64,000 nucleotides of DNA from a virus. Positions 10,201 through 16,437 of this stretch are shown here, one piece after another. The translations under genes were made by a program, and so were the position numbers. Positions within the stretch are counted from its first letter, which is position 1; each line of letters opens with the position of its first letter. The stretch is taken from positions 1 through 64,000 of IMG/VR virus record IMGVR_UViG_3300048590_000360; one strand, written 5' to 3'. Under the pieces are notes generated by a model. It worked only from the letters and a program-made list of their open reading frames with translations, ran no database searches and had not been told where the DNA came from.

Positions 10201-12874
10201 ATTTCTCTTTCTGTTCCGCGTCAACAATATTCGTTTCATCTAATTGTTTGATAGCGTCTTTCAATTCCTCATTGTTAGACAATAAGTGCATCATTACTGC
10301 TGCATCGGATTCACTTTTTGCACCAGCAACGGTAGCTCTTTGAAGATTCTTGTCAAGAATTTCTAACCTTGACTTCATGGCCTGAGAATCTTCCTTCGAT
10401 AACCGTCCTGAATCAACTGCCTTATCAATTCTACGAAGCATATCTGACTTGTTTACTGCCGCATCATATTCTAACAGTAATTGTGTCGGGTGTACTTTTT
10501 TCTTAGCAGTGGCAACTTCATATATCCCTCGTGGGGCACCAATAGCCCACATGCCTAATGCAGAAAATGCTGCGGTCTTAAACACTTCATCGGCACGAAT
10601 CTCATCGTCAAAAACATCTTCACCCAATAGATTATTGGAAATATGATTAGTCAGTTTCTCTACTGATAATGACGCAAGTTCTTCAGGCACTTCTTTTAAC
10701 CCTTCCCTGTATATTGAATATAATGCACTATTGATAACGTCTTTCTTCGTTAATCTTGTTAAGTCAGTAATTCCATTCGGGGTAAGTAATCGTTTTAAAG
10801 TATTGTCAGTAATTGCCCTACCCTTTCCTGTAAGAATAAATGTTGAAGGGAAAATAGATTCAGCCATTGCCAATACAGTTCCTGCCGTATTTGCATACAA
10901 TAATGAAGTGGCGTACTGTGAATCAGGATTCATGTAATCTAATTTCTCCATGGCTTCATTGTAGTAATTACCCGTTGTCATTACATAGGATGAAGTCATT
11001 ATCCCTACCCTTGATGCTGCTTTGGCTGATAACCCTGCTAATTGGCCAACCTTTGTCACTCCTGCTGCCGGAATCATAATCGTCCCAATACCTACTAATG
11101 TATTGGAGAATTCTCTTGTTAAACCATTATTCACTTCGGTCTCAACGGTCCTTTCTAACCTTGCCCGTTTTGTTTCATCACTCATTTCTCCACCCGTAAC
11201 CATATTGTACAATCCTGACATCCCATCTTTAACGGTAATCAATCCGTCATTAATTCCTGTACCAATATCATCAACACGTCTCTCTAACCATGACATATTC
11301 TGATAGTCACGTTCACTGTTTCTTTTAATCTTTTCTAATGCCCTTTGGTCTGTTTCTGCTTGTTTGTAAGCGTTCAAAGTTTCAGGAGTGTCTTTATCCT
11401 TGATTACTGCCATTTCGTACCCTGCCAATAGATGTTTAAGGTACTTGTCGGCACGGTTATGTTTGTAGGTTAATTCAGCAATAGCCTGTTCTTTCTGTTC
11501 TTCTGGTGCATCTGACATATTGATTCGCGCCATTTCTTCAGCATATTCAACTGCCATTTCATTATTGTAATACTTAAAAGCAGATTCCACAAATTCCATA
11601 TCCTTAACTTGGTCATGGGATTTAGTGAATGATGCACTGGAAAAGTCATATCCCTGCTTTTCAATCTTACCTACAGTTTGTTGGTGTCTTTGTGCGTAAC
11701 TATGAAGTACATCGGCAAACACATCCCTTGCATTACTCTCTGAAGGGGTGAACTTTTCGGGGATATCACCAAGAACACCTTTGGCAATTCCCCCCAACTG
11801 CTGCACATTCTCCGGACTTTCACCTTCCACAATATTACCGAACACGTCAACAACAACTTTCTCTCTTGCTGTTTCTTGTTCTTCCTGAGACATATCTTCT
11901 AAAGATACTTTACTTCGTTGTTTTGTCGTTGGTTGGTCGTAAACGTAAAAGTTCACACCTTCATCTGGCATTGTGGTAATTGCCCTATCTATCACGTTTA
12001 TCTTCCCGTCAACGGCTTGCTTTGGTGCGGATATTCTTTGATTTAAGTCTTGTTGGTTAGAAACTACAGGCAAACCTTCCATTGGTTCTACTTTCACTTC
12101 ATCAGATGAAACAGTAAGTTTTGGAATTAACCTTTTATCAATAGTAGTCTTTGGCCTATCTTGTTCCTGTACTTCTGTAACGTCAAAGGTGGGTTTGTAT
12201 TTCTTGATATGCTTATCAGCCTTGTTTAAAATCTGTTGCTGTTTCTCATTAATCAATTCAGAATCCAAAAGATTGTATTTCTCTTTGACAAATCTGTTTA
12301 ACAGTCTTTCTTTCTCTTGTGGGTTGTTCTGAATTACTTCGGTACGTACACCATATACCTTTGCCGCTTCGTTCAAGTGGTCATTGTATTCTTCTTCGGT
12401 GAATCCTTTAATTATTTCACTGGTTTTACTTTCGGAGTATGTGTCTATCTCTTTAACTGATAACGGTCTTACTGCTTGTTCTTTAACTATACTTGGTGAA
12501 ACCAATGATTTAACCGCATCCATCTTGGGACGGACAGCGTTATTCGGCTCTTGAACAATTCTCTGAGCAGGTGTTTTACTTGTAGTAGAAGGGGAAACGG
12601 AAGGTGATACTGATGGGACTTCGGAACTTGATTCTTTTTTTTTTTCTGTAAGCTGTTCAACGGAGAATAATTCGGGGTACTTAGAATCTAATTCATTCCA
12701 ATCAGCATACTTTCCTGATGCTGCTGTGGTAGCGTATGAATGTAGAATTTTCTTATCATAAGATGATAATTCGGGATACTTGGCATCTAACTCATTCCAT
12801 GTTGCGTATTTTCCTGATGCTGCTGTGGCCGCATAAGAACGCAGTATTTTTTTATTGTCAGTGTCTTTTTCCAT
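4286..12874 (-). CDS. giant multidomain virion (internal/ejection-type) protein, 2862 aa
   Basis: Single uninterrupted ORF. N-terminal 2 x 33-aa tandem repeat, HEGIH (HExxH) at nt 8678-8692, DLDFD at nt 6008-6022, basic Ser/Arg-rich C-terminus. Follows two smaller proteins in the way T7 gp14-15-16 are arranged. Confidence 0.8.
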   Translation of the reverse strand: MEKDTDNKKILRSYAATAASGKYATWNELDAKYPELSSYDKKILHSYATTAASGKYADWNELDSKYPELFSVEQLTEKKKESSSEVPSVSPSVSPSTTSKTPAQRIVQEPNNAVRPKMDAVKSLVSPSIVKEQAVRPLSVKEIDTYSESKTSEIIKGFTEEEYNDHLNEAAKVYGVRTEVIQNNPQEKERLLNRFVKEKYNLLDSELINEKQQQILNKADKHIKKYKPTFDVTEVQEQDRPKTTIDKRLIPKLTVSSDEVKVEPMEGLPVVSNQQDLNQRISAPKQAVDGKINVIDRAITTMPDEGVNFYVYDQPTTKQRSKVSLEDMSQEEQETAREKVVVDVFGNIVEGESPENVQQLGGIAKGVLGDIPEKFTPSESNARDVFADVLHSYAQRHQQTVGKIEKQGYDFSSASFTKSHDQVKDMEFVESAFKYYNNEMAVEYAEEMARINMSDAPEEQKEQAIAELTYKHNRADKYLKHLLAGYEMAVIKDKDTPETLNAYKQAETDQRALEKIKRNSERDYQNMSWLERRVDDIGTGINDGLITVKDGMSGLYNMVTGGEMSDETKRARLERTVETEVNNGLTREFSNTLVGIGTIMIPAAGVTKVGQLAGLSAKAASRVGIMTSSYVMTTGNYYNEAMEKLDYMNPDSQYATSLLYANTAGTVLAMAESIFPSTFILTGKGRAITDNTLKRLLTPNGITDLTRLTKKDVINSALYSIYREGLKEVPEELASLSVEKLTNHISNNLLGEDVFDDEIRADEVFKTAAFSALGMWAIGAPRGIYEVATAKKKVHPTQLLLEYDAAVNKSDMLRRIDKAVDSGRLSKEDSQAMKSRLEILDKNLQRATVAGAKSESDAAVMMHLLSNNEELKDAIKQLDETNIVDAEQKEKLTKRLNQSQQALEDIFRNGKSAAQVFKDYSTNQYSGVIEKPEGKKDDSEPKKEEQVEEEVKPKEFTPKEKFIRDSMGLDGVDYDWVKERLETDTELSQEDKDDILTMIETEEGKEFFFDESMRLIETGKEIDPNELDTATGLRQGETPTPERLAELYIEHTSGEDYIGELIREYSIRRQDFIHYGDKNLIGQAIGRFWLTRKGRDGMPLDVIAQEISERAGQYVSEQDIIDYILSNPYKAKYQKVSKEARAVATMYENLTGKSLNRETAQKVVEKARDSSDKASKKDDKVINTLRKWTDDNTGVIDFEGLFEYINDENKYAVERDWMETPIEVLDMIKDKVGTEEGRKELQRIWDDSIGIYEDESMQTDYQKEVLKRKNEAEPITETEVEESVDFSELPLLPQRPKTVTAKNTKEIRQIAASMMKDKTSSQSTRRMAKWLPRIFQSLRSSMTFHYDADNFNKQFEKRAGKAIEKDGVVYAFADGDEIHVNMNAANPNLLTSLIHEGIHTVLSSPDKVKKLATELRTLLGSSNPELLAELDDFASQYDDTDRDIEFLTEGVARIVAGKFPDKMNILQKIADFINNLLGKLKTTKLYEANDIESVIKGIHKSFKSGTIITTDTPVQKVREQKFRERMEAQGHKWAKKKEKTPEQVAREYTNEWFVDRKWWLKKMGGDLSKLPHHYKMSENEVYQSYLDSLKPKVRPQKAKKTSTTLDTITPQEYNQAIINAQVKLQEGHGYDAVVKGLILHYGFTPSLAKMIATQGMMDTDMTVGEAVQLFWKNGLSISHVKHIAKERGWKEKQVGKMFRDTAKGFQTYLNTRQDMLDYGAKILTDKTTKAEFVKDVMNRYGLSKKEADELFKIAFKTVFQSGTWNNLSKNSAVKKMVNQRAKVTKERNKESAEKQRRKNEVKKKMKGIRKAMGSKTTRVFAEQKPILRDILKINPKYLDEKTFNEVFAPLIDKISTMVQGAKVKFDKDNEIFFVDNAGQEGMITNAEMESVLKVVQEVVQANYRDMLILKYGDNIKFDPTDTLEQVQDKIRKYNEENALSDDEKDEIDIEKRTALLNEAMQVIEEYKQAEQDGDLDGLDDSEKALINEILNSSPDMLSDRDIIELINTLNNAVANQNVDYAGALVETIRAAQTIEWLDKQSTHQIEGVLGKIKNVYFSTSQMMEAIMNSTTLGAKFAALSGVQEIHAGYGRSRRFIHSAWVKPLAKILKGNPELRSVENVIARGIIAYIIQHNGDANSDFRKRAEVLMNDAIAKQESKKKALIKEGEIIQKFLEKYVEPALATDNPSQAFIERVSSEQSGNWEIVQLGINTAAQFKGNLDKTLRAYDNKMLAAWDNYTPTATKTITKEASFDDVSYGEPGLDTKQAGTTIDRVKFMKMRKGRGLDLDFDSVVERKMMDSMYYIETIGARQRAEKIFNNSVFIDKTGEYASNVLLNKLIDSIKQHRNMMTGDGNEVIKEFTNVTKRIRDIGAVNALGSVLQFVVQVPSVYVRAAINLAFNPKVQFYYRQIPSNMPDSFYSKGTILERKSMEAGTKSDPVNQTIKKTASQSESAFMKFFDFITKNQATKGAGKVIDKSKELALWTLQNSDYWIAKKTWGAYYTKFLVEEKGIPLGEIDWDTQAKNPDAEASSYADQQIDRTQNISDFTKGSFLVQRGKNAWKDMFMNTVAPFSSFSFNARGTAMLNIQKLRRHHVNSKEWGEAMADMMGYFAEAVVFTGIKIIMLGALSKAIAESFVRAVVDDEDEELLEKMFKDKDVKEQAVQSLIQAYLDTAVGGFGSLIEGKARHGVNLVAGMIDEDYENKDLLPIYENETALGQLAFLFGSGSVVIENVANAAPYIEQFITGETDFVVKAPYKNEPAIIERVKLTEEERRIAGIIALDALARSFGITDSKAWTPAIRGLIRYQNNVMSKKYGDTDYTIETMRKGKKKESKSGGGRSYKRSVTTRSISTRSTSRRKVERNR
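12656..12853 (-). repeat. 2 x 99-bp imperfect in-frame tandem repeat at the 5' end of the giant gene
   Basis: Encodes KKILRSYAATAASGKYATWNELDAKYPELSSYD followed by KKILHSYATTAASGKYADWNELDSKYPELFSVE. Confidence 0.85.
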
Positions 12875-12875
12875 A

Positions 12876-14243
12876 TTATCTCATTTCTATATTATCATCA
12901 CCAGATGGTAAAGATGCAGATTTCGGTATCTTCCCTCCCCCAGTTAAGTATTTTTCCATATCATTAACATAGTTAATCCCATAATTTTGTATCAACACGT
13001 CTTTCACTTCGTTATAAGGTCTTATGATAGTGGCATTATCTTTAACAACTTTTTCTGTGTTATCATCTGTGTATGATTCACTTGTTACACCAATAGCATA
13101 CAGACCTTTCTTTCCGTTATAATCACCATAAACTATCTGAGAATAACTTGTCTTCGGATTTACTTTCAATGAAGGAGACTTACCAGTGTCATAACTTAGG
13201 TTCCTTGTGTCTGAAGTAAATGGAATAGCCATATCAATAGTAGCCGGTAATTGTACACCTGTAGGGAATGATAATACTTCGTTTTTTTCACTTATCTTTT
13301 CTGTTCCAGTCCATGGTACGCGTTTAGTCATGACCTTAGTGACAGGGAAGTTATATTCCAAAGTAGTTTGTTCTTCAGGTTTGAATACTATCTTGCCACC
13401 TCTACCTGACAAGTCTCTTACACTTGATTCTACTTGCTGTGTGCTATACTGTAGAAGTACATCATTGGAATAAGATTCCATATCTACTTCACCGTTATCA
13501 TCCACGTATCCGGCTTTCTTTGCCGATTCAATCATTACAGGGTCTGTTTTCCCGTAAGTAACCAAGGCATTCTTATACGCTGCTTGGTCAAGTTGGGTAG
13601 ATGAACCACTAATGTTTTTACCGTCTTTATCAACGGAATATCCTGATGCTTTGAGATGTTTCGCAAATGGTATCTTCTCAATAGCATAGTCAATGGCATT
13701 CGGAAGGTTCTGTTGAGGTTTCCTTGCCTCATTGTACTGTTCTAAGAACTTGTCAGGATTAGCAAGATATTCCGGATTCGTATATAAATCTTCTAATATT
13801 CCTCTTTGTTCTATAGTAAACAATCTTTGATCTTCAGGTTTTGAAGCATCTTGGTCATGCAATGTCTGTAAAAGTTTCAGATATTCTTTCTGTTCTTCGG
13901 ATTGGTCAAGCAACATGTTCATATTCCTTAACTCATCGTAATATTCTTTTTGCATGGTTGGGTCAGTGGCAACTTGTTCCCATCTCCCAGCGAACTTATC
14001 GTCAATAGTATTCCACATTTCCATGATAGACTTACTATCTCTTGTGTAGAATCCGCGTTTATCTTTAAGGTCAAGATATTTGCCTTTGAGTTCATCTGCC
14101 GCTTTTTGTGCTGCTGCTTTTTGTTTTACAGCCCTATCCCTTTCTGATTGGTCAAGGGCGATAGCAAGGTCTATTGGAGCTGACGTATCAAACACCTGTG
14201 CAGCACCATGTCCAATACCTTTAGAAACAGGATTATTCGCCAT
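12876..14243 (-). CDS. putative internal virion protein (455 aa)
   Basis: The ORF-track start 14288 is TTG. ATG 14243 (MANNPVSKG...) gives an 11-nt overlap with the upstream gene. The stop lies 1 nt before the giant-gene ATG. Confidence 0.7.
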   Translation of the reverse strand: MANNPVSKGIGHGAAQVFDTSAPIDLAIALDQSERDRAVKQKAAAQKAADELKGKYLDLKDKRGFYTRDSKSIMEMWNTIDDKFAGRWEQVATDPTMQKEYYDELRNMNMLLDQSEEQKEYLKLLQTLHDQDASKPEDQRLFTIEQRGILEDLYTNPEYLANPDKFLEQYNEARKPQQNLPNAIDYAIEKIPFAKHLKASGYSVDKDGKNISGSSTQLDQAAYKNALVTYGKTDPVMIESAKKAGYVDDNGEVDMESYSNDVLLQYSTQQVESSVRDLSGRGGKIVFKPEEQTTLEYNFPVTKVMTKRVPWTGTEKISEKNEVLSFPTGVQLPATIDMAIPFTSDTRNLSYDTGKSPSLKVNPKTSYSQIVYGDYNGKKGLYAIGVTSESYTDDNTEKVVKDNATIIRPYNEVKDVLIQNYGINYVNDMEKYLTGGGKIPKSASLPSGDDNIEMR

Positions 14244-14856
14244 CTTGGTTTTCTTCGTAATTATCGGTTTCTTCAAATGCAGGGACAATAGGTTTCTTTT
14301 GTTTAAAAGAATATCCTTTATTGATTGCAGCCGTTCCTGCTTTAGCTAAATTAGTCATTCCCCCCATGACATTCTGCATACCGGCTCCAATAAGGGCTTG
14401 TGAACTTTCTAACTTCTGTGTGTATGGGTCTAATTTGTTAATCATAAACTCCTTTTCCTTCTCCGCAGCAATATCAGACTTAGCTTTCATAACGTCTTGT
14501 CTTGCCTGTCTGCGTATTTCAGCATCCATAGAAGTCATACGAAGAAAGTTTTGATTTTGGCTATCCATTAATCCCCCTAATCCCATAAACCCTGCACCAC
14601 GTTCTGAACCCTGAGTTAATGCCGTCTGAGTTTGCCTTTCAACGCCTTGGCGCATTAGATTCTCAGAAGCAGCGTCTAACCCTTCGGTAGCAGCGATTTG
14701 GGCTAACCTTAGATTGTCCTCAAATTCTTTGGACATGGTGTATTCCGGCCTATCTAACTTCTTGATTTGCCTTTTTCCTGCAAATGATTGGCCTATACCC
14801 ACCCCAGCCTGAATCACTGAAGGTATTGCCGAAATCGCTAAACTTATTGGATCCAT
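14233..14856 (-). CDS. putative internal virion protein (207 aa)
   Basis: Trimmed from 14931 to ATG 14856 (MDPISLAISAIP...), because a TATCTTTG box lies 4 nt upstream. Gly/Ala/Gln-rich with a hydrophobic N-terminus. Confidence 0.7.
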   Translation of the reverse strand: MDPISLAISAIPSVIQAGVGIGQSFAGKRQIKKLDRPEYTMSKEFEDNLRLAQIAATEGLDAASENLMRQGVERQTQTALTQGSERGAGFMGLGGLMDSQNQNFLRMTSMDAEIRRQARQDVMKAKSDIAAEKEKEFMINKLDPYTQKLESSQALIGAGMQNVMGGMTNLAKAGTAAINKGYSFKQKKPIVPAFEETDNYEENQDGE

Positions 14857-14860
14857 AGTA

Positions 14861-14868
14861 CAAAGATA
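14861..14868 (-). promoter_or_regulatory. -7 promoter box (rc TATCTTTG), 4 nt from ATG
   Basis: rc context AAAAAAAATTATCTTTGTACTATGG. Divergent from the plus-strand box at 14897. Confidence 0.55.
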
Positions 14869-14896
14869 ATTTTTTTTGTTGGATAAAAAAAAGCTA

Positions 14897-14904
14897 TATA
14901 TTTG
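14897..14904 (+). promoter_or_regulatory. -7 promoter box TATATTTG
   Basis: TAnnTTTG match 7 nt upstream of ATG 14912. Confidence 0.5.
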
Positions 14905-14911
14905 TATTCTG

Positions 14912-15607
14912 ATGCACAAGCCACGTAGCAAGTATTTCTATTCAGATAAAAGTTTTGAAATTTTCGGCAAACTCAATAAGAGTAAGAAGATAAAATACTA
15001 CGTGTTCCTATGTTCCGCTAAAAAGAAGTTTGTCGGATTAGGTTCCTATACTTTTGCTCATTTATGTAGTATAGGATATAGTAAGGAAACCGTCCGAAAG
15101 TATCTTCAGGAAATGATTAAAATCGGTTGGGCTACAAAGGTAAGCGCAACGAAGTACGTTCTTAAATCTTATTATAAGATATGTGAAGAAAATGGAGTAA
15201 GTATATATCCAGGAAGAATGGTCTTTAAATGTGAAGACCTTTCCGAGATAAAAACCCGTGTCGCCTATTGCATTGTCGAACGGAATTGTAACCAACAGGT
15301 TTATATCACATGTAACAAAACTGGGACGCCTAAGAAAAGGCACGCGCTCCGCAGTAACCGTTACGATGTAACTTATGGAACAAACCGTTTGAGTGGTGTT
15401 ATGGGATACCGAAGCAAGATGTCTGGGACAAATCTATTCAGAAAAATGAAGGAGTTACAGTTATGTTACCGTGTGCAACAATCACGCATCTTAGGTGACA
15501 TACAAACTTTGACTCATCATGTTTTTGATTACAGACATTCTGCTTACCTTTCATACGATGGTCGAACAGTAATTGAAAAGCTACCATGTTTAATAAGATT
15601 CTACTGA
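14912..15607 (+). CDS. putative winged-helix DNA-binding protein
   Basis: The ORF-track start 14876 is TTG. ATG 14912 follows the promoter box. The segment FAHLCSIGYSKETVRKYLQEMIKIGWATKV looks HTH/wHTH-like by eye. Confidence 0.5.
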   Translation: MHKPRSKYFYSDKSFEIFGKLNKSKKIKYYVFLCSAKKKFVGLGSYTFAHLCSIGYSKETVRKYLQEMIKIGWATKVSATKYVLKSYYKICEENGVSIYPGRMVFKCEDLSEIKTRVAYCIVERNCNQQVYITCNKTGTPKKRHALRSNRYDVTYGTNRLSGVMGYRSKMSGTNLFRKMKELQLCYRVQQSRILGDIQTLTHHVFDYRHSAYLSYDGRTVIEKLPCLIRFY

Positions 15608-15635
15608 GAAAAACCATTTGGGATTACTTTGTACG

Positions 15636-15658
15636 GTATAGTCAGGCACTGACTATAC
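15636..15658 (+). terminator. perfect 10-bp hairpin after 14912..15607 (terminator or operator)
   Basis: gtatagtcag (15636-15645) gca ctgactatac (15649-15658). Only a weak T tract follows. Confidence 0.4.
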
Positions 15659-15772
15659 TTACGCATGCGTGTTACACGTATGTGCGTTACACGTATGCCT
15701 GCGCGTATATGTAATAATATTCTTAATTACTACTGTTTTATTAAAAAATTGAATTGTTAAAATTTGAACAAA

Positions 15773-16375
15773 ATGATTGAAACTGAAAAGAAAAAAAACA
15801 TTACTGATTTAATTTTAACCGAATACGAAAAAAAGTGTTCTGAAATTAGTGATATTAACGAATTACTTCCTACTTTGTTACAATTCTCACGAGATTGTAA
15901 GATTATTACTGAAATGGGTGTTCGTACAGTGGTATCTACATGGGCTTTTTTAGCGTCATTTCCAGAGAAGTTGGTATGTTACGATTTATGTCGACACCCA
16001 AATATCGGCTTAGTAGAGTCTTACGCTAATAATGTTGGCGTGGATTTTCATTTCACTGAAAGTGATGTGTTGAAAGTTGAAATTGAAGAAACTGATATGT
16101 TGTTCATAGATACTTTTCACAGTGCTGAACAATTACGAAGGGAATTGTTCCTTCATTCCGGAAAAGTCCGTAAATACCTTGCGTTTCATGACACAACTAC
16201 TTTCTGGGAACATGCTGAACCTTCATACGGAATTGCTGGATTGAATCAAGTTAATTGTGGGGAAGGGTTGCGTTACGCTATTGAACCTTTTCTTGTTTCA
16301 CATCCCGAATGGGAAGTTGCCTGTAAATTAGAAAACAACAATGGGTTAATGATTTTACGGAAAGTGTCACGGTAA
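15773..16375 (+). CDS. class I SAM-dependent methyltransferase (Methyltransf_24 / CmcI-like)
   Basis: Motifs IITEMGVRTVVST (SAM-binding loop-like) and MLFIDTFHS. The ORF-track start 15764 is TTG, so I used ATG 15773. Confidence 0.6.
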   Translation: MIETEKKKNITDLILTEYEKKCSEISDINELLPTLLQFSRDCKIITEMGVRTVVSTWAFLASFPEKLVCYDLCRHPNIGLVESYANNVGVDFHFTESDVLKVEIEETDMLFIDTFHSAEQLRRELFLHSGKVRKYLAFHDTTTFWEHAEPSYGIAGLNQVNCGEGLRYAIEPFLVSHPEWEVACKLENNNGLMILRKVSR

Positions 16376-16437
16376 ATTCAGCAGAAACTTAATTAGTGTT
16401 GATGCAACAAAAGGGGAACTACACTACTGAAGACTTG

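Noticed and set aside
4286-12874. Annotating the giant protein as a crAss-like virion RNA polymerase or as a tape measure protein
   Set aside because: The only support is one DxDxD motif, which can occur by chance, and size. No second barrel motif or other polymerase signature is recognisable by eye, so I kept this as a hypothesis in the findings.
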